Assembly: GCA_964648855.1 (NCBI GenBank)
Contig: CAZYLT010000001.1
Location: 1-32,000, forward strand
Direction: 5' to 3'
Length of the DNA: 32,000 bases
Origin: an uncultured archaeon
GTDB taxonomy: Archaea; Asgardarchaeota; Thorarchaeia; Thorarchaeales; Thorarchaeaceae
The position numbers were made by a program, and so were the translations under genes. The notes under the pieces were generated by a model. It was not told where the DNA came from. It saw only the letters and a program-made list of their open reading frames with translations, and searched no databases. Shown piece by piece: positions 1-9,028 of this stretch. Each line of letters begins with the position of its first letter. The first letter of the stretch is position 1.

Positions 1-199
1 TATGTCATATCTGTGAACGAATGAATGTCAAAAAGATACAAGGAATGTGGCATATTTATTCTTCTTATTATGCTGATGAAAATTATCGAGTTGCGATGCC
101 CTTTATAAAGGAAGAGCGTGTGAAGGCAGCATCGCATGGCATGCCTGGAAGCGGAGTTATGCGGGCTCGTATGGGCAAAATTGATATGTTTGATGGGCT
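1..199 (+). promoter_or_regulatory. Putative CRISPR leader with TATA-like box (CTTTATAAAG, 101-110)
   Basis: Apparently non-coding stretch directly 5' of the intact repeat. The degenerate repeat lies at the opposite end, which fits this orientation. Confidence 0.55.
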
Positions 200-309
200 A
201 TTGCAGAAGTGAATCCCGAAGAAAGGGAATTGAAACAAAACCATCCATCTAGGTGGAGTTCCGATAAGTCGGATTGCAGAAGTGAATCCCGAAGAAAGGG
301 AATCGAACA
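200..309 (+). CRISPR. CRISPR mini-array: 2 repeats, 1 spacer
   Basis: Repeat ATTGCAGAAGTGAATCCCGAAGAAAGGGAATTGAAAC (37 bp, 200-236) with TCCC-N7-GGGA stem and ATTGAAAC 3' end. Spacer is 36 bp (237-272). Second repeat at 273-309 is identical except for a degenerate 3' end (GGGAATCGAAC). Confidence 0.85.
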
Positions 310-570
310 TTCTTTATCCCAACTATCTGGGTGAATCCGAATTTAGGCTGCAAAACAGGGCGGATATTCTTACACAGTTTCGTAAGATGGACCTTAATAG
401 AAAAACAAGCTCATTTGATCAGTGCCGATGATTTCTTTACCCTCATGAGATGTCACCGGTCATGATTACACATATGCCAAACCCACATGGAAGATATAGT
501 GCGATATGCCTATCAATTGGTTAGATATCTATGCAGCCGTGACCTCATTCAATTCTTTTCGACCTCTAGT

Positions 571-852
571 CTAGTCATAATATGAAACGTAGTACTCTGT
601 AGCGTTCTCCGGAAAGAACTGTCGATATTCAGAGGCTAATTGAGCAGCCAAAGTTTTGTTGTGCGAGATAACCAGCGTTGGTCGATTGTATTTCTCAACC
701 ACATTGGCCATAGTGAAAGTCTTTCCTGACCCGGTGACGCCAAGCAATGTTTGAAAGCGATGTCCGTCTTCGATACCCTGCACTAGCTTGTCGATTGCCT
801 GTGGTTGGTCACCGGTAGGTTCGAACGGTGCATGTAGCTTGAAGTCTGACAT
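571..852 (-). pseudogene. uvrB: Truncated excinuclease ABC subunit B, N-terminal 93 aa
   Basis: [20 protein letters not shown], Walker [32 protein letters not shown], then TAG. The expected YYQPEAY continuation is absent in all frames. ATG at 852 follows a purine-rich RBS, so the ORF-track extension to 990 is probably not real. Confidence 0.9.
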
Positions 853-1101
853 CCTTTCTCTCGCGCCTGCCTTAGCTCCGAGCTGTTTGTAAGTAATCTT
901 TGGGGTCGGTGCATCGGTTTGAGAACCTAATTCGCTCAACGATGCAGTTATCGAACTCCAATATCTAAGACTAGTATCTTCCTCAGTCATGGAGTCCTAT
1001 GGAGGACACAATAGCCACCCAGAGAGATACCTGAAAGTATGTTAATTATATTGTTTCAGCTGTGCGTAACCGAGAGCCATTCTGGGAGTGCAAAAAAGAA
1101 G

Positions 1102-1117
1102 AGAGGAGTGCCAGGTT
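1102..1117 (-). terminator. Pyrimidine/oligo-T archaeal terminator candidate for the 980-aa gene
   Basis: Minus strand reads a CT-rich run ending TTTTTT about 40 nt after the stop at 1156. Confidence 0.4.
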
Positions 1118-1155
1118 TCCCTAGCATATCAGCTTAGATTTTTATTCTATGAAGA

Positions 1156-4098
1156 TCACTTTTTCTTCATGAGAACTACGATGAGGACTACGACAACTAC
1201 TCCCACAACAGCAGCGATGATGATAATGAGAGTACTGTCTAGGGGTGGGGTATCTGGTTCTGTATCGGTGTCAGTCGTAGTTTCTGTGGTGGTTGTTGTA
1301 GTTGTTGTAGCAGGTTCCGCTACAATACACTCCTCAATGGCCAGAGTGGTCCAATGATCCAGTGTGTCATTCGCAGAAAGAACGTACTCAACAGTAGTTC
1401 CATTTTCAAATGGCCCCAATTCCACGGAGTAGGTATCACCCGAATCGTGGGTCATATTTGCCACAGTCCAAGTACTTCCACCATCCGTCGTGTAGTTACA
1501 CAGGACAGTATCTACCCCACTGATATCTGTCACATTGACGGTTATTGGGATAGGGGATTCTGGTGTAGGCCATGTTCCTATGGTTAAATGCGACATTCCA
1601 GGCCCATTGTTGTCAATAGTGAATACCGCGGGCGTCAAGTCGTCACCACCTGCCAGCTTATCATCAAATGCTTCTACCTGAATTAGATAGTCTAGACCGT
1701 CATCAACTGTTGTAGTGTCCCACAAGAAATCGGTCGTGGCTAGTCCATCAGCAATGAGAATCCAATCGGTACCGCCATTTGGGCTATAATACAGATCGAA
1801 GGTCATTGGATCCTTATTTGGATCTACAGCAGTCCATTGGATATTCACCATCCCTTCAAATGTTTCACCACCTGAGGGGGTGGTAAGGTCTACTACAGGG
1901 CCGCGATTCTCCGAAAGCCAATAAAACGCATTTCGCAAGAATATATCATTGTCACTATCATAGAGATTTGCTATGCCATCACCATCATTGTCACCATTGT
2001 AGCGCTGTAAGAATCTATCTCCAATAACGAAGACACGACCGAGTTCATGTTCCAATGCGCACGCGAGTGGAAGCCCATCAGCTGGTGTACCATCATCATA
2101 TTGTGCAGTGCCATCAGTATCAGTGGAAACAAGAGCTGTTCCTCCACCAATACTGAGGAGTGGAGAAGCACGGATGATTTCAATCCGAGTCACTCCATCC
2201 ATTATTGGGTGGGAGCCAAAATTACTCGAATTGTAGTATATATTTTCGAAAATGCCAATAAGGTCATCAGTATCGGTTATAATTCCAGTATTATTGAAAT
2301 CCATTCCGAACTCAGCTAGTACTGAGTCTATCTCATCACTATAGCCTCCTGCTCCTCCAAACATAGCAAGACCACCACCAGCATTAACAAAATCAACTAT
2401 GTCAACAAGTTCTGCATTGGTGTAATTTACATCATCACCATGAAGGAGAAGCACATCGCATGACTCTATCAAAACTGTCTTCCAGCTCCATTGCCACCTC
2501 ACAGTGTATCCATTCTCTGTTAGAAATTGAGCCAGGCCATAGTACGAGGCATTCACGAACCAAGACGGACCATGTGTCTCATCAAAGAGAATGAATTTCT
2601 CTTCTTGTCCACCGCTGGAGCACCACTGGATGAAATTGAACAGGAACATCTCATTGTCAGAGTCGTAAAGATTGACGTCTCCATCCCCATCAGGATCTGA
2701 TGTTGGGTTAGCCATATCGATATCACTCATCACAGCGACCCTACCTATTCCATAAGATGCTGCCGCAGCGACAACAACTCCATCTGCCGGAGACCCATCG
2801 CTCCAGAAACTAGTGCCATCTGTATCAGTTGTGACAAGGGGGACTGCGTTTGCAGGTATACTAGCAAAGCCGCTACCTTTGTCAAACTCGACCCGACCCA
2901 CATCAATCATGACCGAGTGAGATTCGAAGTTTGATGTATTGTAGATTATGTACGGGGCATAGGTATCATAGTCATCAGTTTCTTCGAGGTAGTATGACGA
3001 TTTGTTGCGGATAAATCCAAAATGATCTGTAACTGGGTCAAGCTCCTCTCCATATGACCCGTATTCAGTTATGATGAATACGCCTCCGCCATCCTCAACA
3101 AAGTGACTGATAATGTCAACTTCAGTTGCATTGTAGGCAACATAGGATACTTGGAGAATCAGCAAATCACAACCAGCAAGCACATCTGCTGAAAACGTAG
3201 ACATGCTCGACACGGCATATCCCTGCTCAACGAGAACCATGCTTATGTTAACATAATCCCCTTGGATGGTGTAATGAGATGAATGCGATTGGTCGAACAC
3301 GACATGTCTAGTCAGCTGAATAGCATTGATGAGTATCTGCTCTTGAGCTTCTCCTGTTGCGTACAAGTCGAAACCAAGGAGAGCAATGTGTCCTGACCCC
3401 CTCGTAATATGATATACAGTAGAAGCCGTGCTATCCTCCACAACGGATACACCCCCAGTTCCGTTAAAGCGCAATGCACCATCGATACCGGGGAAAGTTG
3501 CATTAAGACCTCTTGATAATGCATCATCTGTATTGACTACGGTGTTTGTTTCTCCTGGATATGCGTCTGGGTTGTATGTTGTGATAAGCCCGGTTTCGTT
3601 GAATAGGTGCAGGGCAGGACCATGTAGTGTTGCAGTAATGGAATAGCAGTCCATTATTACAAGTACGCCCCCACCCTCCACGAAGCTATCGAAGACTCCA
3701 GCCCAAGCAGCACCAATAGTTGTGATGTTTTCACTACTTAGCTTCTCCTGCTCAGGGATTAGCACCACATCATAACCCATTATGACTGAAGCAAGTTCAG
3801 AATAGTCAGTCAAGTTATCGACATGATAGTCATTCAGAAAGTTCGCGCGGACGATATCCAATGTATTCTTGAGTTCACCATTTGCAGAGATTTGAGAGTC
3901 TGCAAACTCGGTGTAAACAAGCATCGACTTTGGTATCTTTTTGTTTGGCATGTCTTCTGAGAGTCTTACATCATCTGGAATATCAAGTCCTGCAGAAATC
4001 GCCGGCATTGCATCTGACGAAATATTTGTGACAGAAACTGCAGATGATAGAAACAGCATGATGAGAAATACACTCAGAATTCTTCTGTTCATTTTCAA
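1156..4098 (-). CDS. Cell-surface protein with tandem GATase-like (GldG/IFT52 GIFT- or DUF4350-like) domains, Ig-like region, Thr-rich linker and C-terminal TM anchor
   Basis: Signal peptide; repeated xxFDxxH...GYxV...CDxLxL...FVxxGGG modules; TTTTTTTT linker; hydrophobic TM followed by KKK. Confidence 0.8.
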   Translation of the reverse strand: MKMNRRILSVFLIMLFLSSAVSVTNISSDAMPAISAGLDIPDDVRLSEDMPNKKIPKSMLVYTEFADSQISANGELKNTLDIVRANFLNDYHVDNLTDYSELASVIMGYDVVLIPEQEKLSSENITTIGAAWAGVFDSFVEGGGVLVIMDCYSITATLHGPALHLFNETGLITTYNPDAYPGETNTVVNTDDALSRGLNATFPGIDGALRFNGTGGVSVVEDSTASTVYHITRGSGHIALLGFDLYATGEAQEQILINAIQLTRHVVFDQSHSSHYTIQGDYVNISMVLVEQGYAVSSMSTFSADVLAGCDLLILQVSYVAYNATEVDIISHFVEDGGGVFIITEYGSYGEELDPVTDHFGFIRNKSSYYLEETDDYDTYAPYIIYNTSNFESHSVMIDVGRVEFDKGSGFASIPANAVPLVTTDTDGTSFWSDGSPADGVVVAAAASYGIGRVAVMSDIDMANPTSDPDGDGDVNLYDSDNEMFLFNFIQWCSSGGQEEKFILFDETHGPSWFVNASYYGLAQFLTENGYTVRWQWSWKTVLIESCDVLLLHGDDVNYTNAELVDIVDFVNAGGGLAMFGGAGGYSDEIDSVLAEFGMDFNNTGIITDTDDLIGIFENIYYNSSNFGSHPIMDGVTRIEIIRASPLLSIGGGTALVSTDTDGTAQYDDGTPADGLPLACALEHELGRVFVIGDRFLQRYNGDNDGDGIANLYDSDNDIFLRNAFYWLSENRGPVVDLTTPSGGETFEGMVNIQWTAVDPNKDPMTFDLYYSPNGGTDWILIADGLATTDFLWDTTTVDDGLDYLIQVEAFDDKLAGGDDLTPAVFTIDNNGPGMSHLTIGTWPTPESPIPITVNVTDISGVDTVLCNYTTDGGSTWTVANMTHDSGDTYSVELGPFENGTTVEYVLSANDTLDHWTTLAIEECIVAEPATTTTTTTTETTTDTDTEPDTPPLDSTLIIIIAAVVGVVVVVLIVVLMKKK

Positions 4099-4535
4099 AG
4101 TTATATTCTCCTAACTCGCGGAGGATGGGAAGCAAGTCTGGCGTGCCTCATTTCTCCTTGGCGACAAACTGTAATACTCTTCTTAGCCATTTAAATAGTA
4201 CGATAATCATGACACAATGGAGGAAACCCTGCAGGTCTTTGTTTCCAGGAACAAGCTGCGCAAACACAGGCTGGATAGCATCAGGGTTGGTCACATCTCA
4301 GACCTCGCGGTTTATTCCTAATGTATGCATAATTCTTCTTGAAAGAATGGATTTTTGCTGAAAATCCGATAGCTCATAACAAACCTTGCATCTATTTCGC
4401 AACAATTAACTAATGGTTCGGTGCGACATCTCAATGGAATTCAAGATATCATAGATGGAGCGCAGTTTTGCATTGCTTCCACTGATGACTACACAAGCCC
4501 ACTAAACCCAAACAAGAGCAAGAGTTGCCAAGATA

Positions 4536-5834
4536 ATGACCGAACTAAGTAAATCCAAAACACTCTACGAATCAGCAAAAGGATACACAGTGAGAGGGGT
4601 ACAGACCAACTTCAAGTATGTTCAGCCCCACCCGATCTACTTCCAGAAAGCGAGAGGATCTCGAATATGGGATGTTGATGGAAATGAGTACATCGACTGT
4701 GTTTTGAATTTCGGCCCTTGTATTCTCGGGCATGGTCATCTCAAGGTCCTAGAAGCGGTAAGCAACCAACTAGAAACCGGCCTCACAGTAGGACTCGAAA
4801 CGGAGCTTAGTCTTGCTGTGTGCAAACAGCTCACCGAAATGGTTCCGTCAGCGGAATGCGTCAGGCTATCCAACACTGGAACTGAAGCAATGATGCATAG
4901 CATCCAGATGGCTAGAGCCTATACTGGAAAGACCAAAATCGCCAAGATTGAGGGCGGCTATAATGGCTGGTCTGACGATATGCTGGTCAGTTACCATCCA
5001 CCGTTGGAGAAGGCGGGACCTCCCAAATCACCTAATGCAGTTCCAGATTCCGCCGGTCTTCGTGCAAAAGACACGATTGTGGTGCCGTATAATGACGCTG
5101 AGACGGCTAGAAGAATCATTTCACAAAACCGCGATGAGCTAGCGGCGTTCATAATCGAGCCAATCATGCTTAATCTTGGATGTGTACTTCCAAAGGAAGG
5201 CTATCTTCAAGAGATAAGAGAGATAACAGAAGAGAATGATGTACCACTCATTTTTGATGAGGTCAAGTGTGGATTCAAGCCAGCGCCAGGCGGAGCACAG
5301 GAATACTACGGGGTGACTCCAGATATGACTATCCTCGCAAAGGCGATTGCAAATGGATTCCCATTGAGTGCAATAGTTGGAAAGAGCGATATCATAGAAG
5401 TGACGGATCCAGTTGATGGCACCGTGTTGTATGGGGGAACATATAATGGAAATCAAATAGCAGTAGCAGCTGCTTCTGCTACACTAGATGAGTTGAAAAC
5501 AGGACACGTACAAGCACATCTGAACGAGTCAACTCTGAATCTCATTGAAACTTTCCATCGAATAGCAGAAGGAGATGGAATCACAGCGAGGATGCAGGGC
5601 ATTGGAGGAAACTTTCAGATATATTTCACGGATGAGGAGATTGTAGATTATCGATCCACCTTTGGTGTGGATCGCGAGAAATATGGAGACTTTCAGAAGG
5701 CGATGTTTGAGAAGGGTATCTACTTCTGGCCCAGCCATTTGTTTTGCCACGGAATATCTGCAGCACACAGTCAGCAGGATTTGGAGATTCTCTGCATTGC
5801 GATGGAGGAGGCAGTTTCGGAGGTCAAAGGATGA
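4536..5834 (+). CDS. Class III PLP aminotransferase, glutamate-1-semialdehyde aminomutase-like
   Basis: WDVDGNEYID, NTGTEA, IFDEVKCGF, AKAIANGFP (PLP Lys), GGTYNGN. Confidence 0.88.
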   Translation: MTELSKSKTLYESAKGYTVRGVQTNFKYVQPHPIYFQKARGSRIWDVDGNEYIDCVLNFGPCILGHGHLKVLEAVSNQLETGLTVGLETELSLAVCKQLTEMVPSAECVRLSNTGTEAMMHSIQMARAYTGKTKIAKIEGGYNGWSDDMLVSYHPPLEKAGPPKSPNAVPDSAGLRAKDTIVVPYNDAETARRIISQNRDELAAFIIEPIMLNLGCVLPKEGYLQEIREITEENDVPLIFDEVKCGFKPAPGGAQEYYGVTPDMTILAKAIANGFPLSAIVGKSDIIEVTDPVDGTVLYGGTYNGNQIAVAAASATLDELKTGHVQAHLNESTLNLIETFHRIAEGDGITARMQGIGGNFQIYFTDEEIVDYRSTFGVDREKYGDFQKAMFEKGIYFWPSHLFCHGISAAHSQQDLEILCIAMEEAVSEVKG

Positions 5835-7003
5835 AGAGAAACAAAGAGCAAATTGCAGATAGATCGAAAAGCGTCAGCCATTCTGGCATTCGGGAGATGT
5901 ACAACCTGTCTCTCGGTGATACAAAAGCAGTACACTTGGAAATTGGAGAGTCAGACTTCCCCACACCTGGTTTCATCATTGAAGCAGCCAAGAGAGCCAT
6001 GGATGAAGGATTCACCGGCTATACGCCAAATTCAGGTTATTTGGATTTGAGAGCCGCTATTTCAGATAAATTGGAGGAAGAAAACTCGATAATCGCAGAT
6101 CCAGCATCCGAGATCATTGTGACTTCTGGTGCAATGCAAGCTTTATCCCTTGCAATTCTAGTAACACTCAATCCGGGCGACGAAGTCATTATTCCAGATC
6201 CGGGGTACGAGAGTTTCAGTAGGCAAGTTAGATTTGCAGGTGGCAAGCCGGTCGCAGTTCCAGTAAGAGAGGAGAATAATTTCGCTTTTGATACCACCGA
6301 ATTGTCACGAGCTGTTGGTGAAAAATCAAAAATGATCATCATAAACACCCCCAGCAATCCAACAGGAGGGATGATGAATAGGTTAGAATTGAAGGAAATT
6401 GCTGACGTTGCTGAACAGCACGACTTGCTGGTGCTATCTGATGAGATTTACGAGAAGATAGTGTACAACGGAGAGGAACATGTAAGCATCGCATCAATAC
6501 CAGGAATGGAGGAGAGAACCATCACAGTCTTTGGTTTCTCAAAATCATATTCCATGACCGGATGGAGAGTAGGTTATGCAGTTGGAAATAGCAAAATCGT
6601 TGAAGAGATGAATAAGATTCAGGAATTCTATGTTACGTGCGCATCATCTATATCGCAGCGGGCTGCTCTTGCAGCCTTGGAAAGGGGTAGCAAATCGGTC
6701 AACGAAATGGTCACTCAATTGCAGCAGAGAAGAAACTTCCTTCACAAAGAATTATGCAGCCATGACATGATTCATTCTACAAAGCCAGCAGGTGCATTCT
6801 ACCTGTTCCCAAATATCTCCAAGTTTGGGATGTCATCTAAAGATGCAGCCAAGTTTCTCTATGAACAGGCAGCAGTTGTTACTGTACCTGGAGCTGCATT
6901 TGGTGAACATGGAGATGAGCACTTACGTCTGTGTTTTGCGAAATCAAAAACTGACCTACAAGTTGCTGCAGAAAGAATACATTCAGCTCTTGACGAGCTT
7001 TAA
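5831..7003 (+). CDS. Class I/II PLP aminotransferase (aspartate aminotransferase family)
   Basis: LEIGESDF, NTPSNPTG, SDEIYEK, FSKSYSMTGWRVG, LRLCFA. True start is the ATG at 5831, which overlaps the upstream stop (ATGA). Confidence 0.92.
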   Translation: MKRNKEQIADRSKSVSHSGIREMYNLSLGDTKAVHLEIGESDFPTPGFIIEAAKRAMDEGFTGYTPNSGYLDLRAAISDKLEEENSIIADPASEIIVTSGAMQALSLAILVTLNPGDEVIIPDPGYESFSRQVRFAGGKPVAVPVREENNFAFDTTELSRAVGEKSKMIIINTPSNPTGGMMNRLELKEIADVAEQHDLLVLSDEIYEKIVYNGEEHVSIASIPGMEERTITVFGFSKSYSMTGWRVGYAVGNSKIVEEMNKIQEFYVTCASSISQRAALAALERGSKSVNEMVTQLQQRRNFLHKELCSHDMIHSTKPAGAFYLFPNISKFGMSSKDAAKFLYEQAAVVTVPGAAFGEHGDEHLRLCFAKSKTDLQVAAERIHSALDEL

Positions 7004-7120
7004 CCAAGCTTCTCTCTACCAGACTAGTAAAACAAAAGAGCACAAAATCCTAGAAAATATTAAGATATCATAGTCACATAAGACTACTACCGACGAAAGG
7101 TATTGGTGCGGTGGGTCATC

Positions 7121-8464
7121 GTGCAAGAAGCAGGTTTGGAGAGAGTAGCAAGAGAAGTACTAAGAGAGGCGGGCATAGAGAAGAAAGTTGTTGCAAGAGC
7201 GCCATCCAATGATTTGGATCAGAAAGCCAAAATTAGATTGACGCCAGATGGGCAACTAGAACTGACTGCTCAACATGAAGCAGAAGTGCGAAGACTAGCA
7301 GGAAGGTTTGCAGCAAAACAGAAATTTCCAGGCTATAAATGGCTTCTAGCTGTGCATCCCTATCGATTCGCTGTAATTCCTTCATTTCTCATATTGGTTG
7401 TGACCTTCATCCAGCTTCTCCTGATTGCTGTGTTTCCCGACTTATCCGTATCGATATCTATTATCAGTGAAGTAGCGATATCTTCCATTCTAATCGTGTT
7501 TTCCTACACTGCATCTCTGAGATACTACAAATGGAAGACTGAATTTTCAGAGTATATGAGAGAGATTGGTGCGGTGACAGCCTATGATGGAGATGCATAT
7601 GAGATAGACCGACATGCATCGGTCCTTACCATGGCGTCCAGTGCAGGGATTGCTGTTTTGATGCTGGTTCTCAAGTCAGAGGTACCCGGCATTGAGTTGG
7701 ATATGATTTCACCAATAGCCCTAGTCGGTCTATTTGCATCAGCCCTTACGTTGTTCAATGAAATGCAAAGAGGATTCTTTGATGAGAGCTGTTTTGACGA
7801 GGCTGATTGGGTAGATGACAAGCTTCGGGACCCTAATACATCCGAAGCCAATACTGCTAGCAGACTGAGCACCCTGATAGCGGCAATAATAGACGAATTG
7901 AACCTCTCCGATTACTTCGAGAGAGAAACAAATTTAAACGCATCAAAAATTGATGTTCAGTATAGAGAGATTCCTTTCCCTCATTGCAGGCTATTTCATT
8001 ATTATGCAGACGAAGGGACCCTCGTTTTCGAGATCAATGACCTTAATGAATCATCGGCAAGGCACTTTGTTGATTCCCGACTCCGTAGATTGGCAACACC
8101 TTATTTCAAAGAATTGGGTCTTCGTTGGAGAATACTAGCACTGTTCAATCTACTTTTCCTGATTTTCTTCTATTTGGCGCTTCCAATAGTTTCCTATGCA
8201 TTCGGAATTCTAGGTGCCCAACTCACTATTTTAGCTGGCGTTATCATAATGATAGTGACCAGTCGAATCAATTATAGAAATCACGAAAATGCCCAGATGT
8301 CATATCAGTCATTCTTGGAAGAATCAAAATATATGACAGACTATGATAAGAAATACTACTACGATAGCCTCTTTGGCAATATGACAAAATATGACATAAA
8401 AATGCTGGCGGCATTTCTAATCCTAGCCGCCGTTGTAGAGGTAATTATCTATCTGTGGTTTTAG
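7121..8464 (+). CDS. Hypothetical multi-pass membrane protein
   Basis: About 450-aa ORF with roughly 7 hydrophobic segments separated by soluble loops. Start uncertain (7103 or GTG 7121). Confidence 0.7.
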   Translation: MQEAGLERVAREVLREAGIEKKVVARAPSNDLDQKAKIRLTPDGQLELTAQHEAEVRRLAGRFAAKQKFPGYKWLLAVHPYRFAVIPSFLILVVTFIQLLLIAVFPDLSVSISIISEVAISSILIVFSYTASLRYYKWKTEFSEYMREIGAVTAYDGDAYEIDRHASVLTMASSAGIAVLMLVLKSEVPGIELDMISPIALVGLFASALTLFNEMQRGFFDESCFDEADWVDDKLRDPNTSEANTASRLSTLIAAIIDELNLSDYFERETNLNASKIDVQYREIPFPHCRLFHYYADEGTLVFEINDLNESSARHFVDSRLRRLATPYFKELGLRWRILALFNLLFLIFFYLALPIVSYAFGILGAQLTILAGVIIMIVTSRINYRNHENAQMSYQSFLEESKYMTDYDKKYYYDSLFGNMTKYDIKMLAAFLILAAVVEVIIYLWF

Positions 8465-8472
8465 ATGCCTAA

Positions 8473-8943
8473 CTACCCTTTTGCATTCTTTAGTCGTTCG
8501 AGATGAGTCTTATACTGCTCATCGCTGGGGACCAGTTCCACAGCCTTTTCTGCTGCGGCAATTGCATCATCAAGCTTGTTCTGCTCCATGCTTGCACCAG
8601 ATTTGATATAGTATAATGCAGCTTTAGTGGTTACATCATCTACATCATTCTCAAGCGCAGTTTCTGCAACGGATGCCGCATCAGCCCAACTCTTATGCTT
8701 GACATAAGACATTGCCAGGAAATAACTGACTTCAGGCAAGGGTTGTACAGAATGAGCCTTCTTAAAGTGTTCAATAGCCTTCTCTATTTCTCCAGTTTCA
8801 AGATAGCATCTGCCAGAGTAGTATGCAACACGCCAATCATCTGGCGCCATACCTTTCGCAGATTTCAGATCTAGCAATGCAAGTTTAACGTTTCCTTCAT
8901 TCAAGTTTTTCTGGACGCTTTTTAGTATCGGTTCAAGCGACAA
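8473..8943 (-). CDS. Tetratricopeptide repeat protein
   Basis: TPR pattern AYYSGRCYLETGEIEKAIEHFKKA and AIAAAEKAVELVP. Confidence 0.85.
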   Translation of the reverse strand: MSLEPILKSVQKNLNEGNVKLALLDLKSAKGMAPDDWRVAYYSGRCYLETGEIEKAIEHFKKAHSVQPLPEVSYFLAMSYVKHKSWADAASVAETALENDVDDVTTKAALYYIKSGASMEQNKLDDAIAAAEKAVELVPSDEQYKTHLERLKNAKG

Positions 8944-9028
8944 AGTGGTACCTCATTAGTAAAAACTCAATCGCATAATATAAGTGAATATTGGGTTTAG
9001 TGCCCAAAATGTCATAGATTTCAGGGCG

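Noticed and set aside
21-310. ORFs 21..212 and 83..310
   Set aside because: They overlap the CRISPR leader and repeats and have no protein motifs.
571-573. Pyrrolysine or readthrough of the uvrB TAG, or an intein/intron
   Set aside because: Downstream sequence shows no UvrB or intein similarity in any frame and soon hits further stops.
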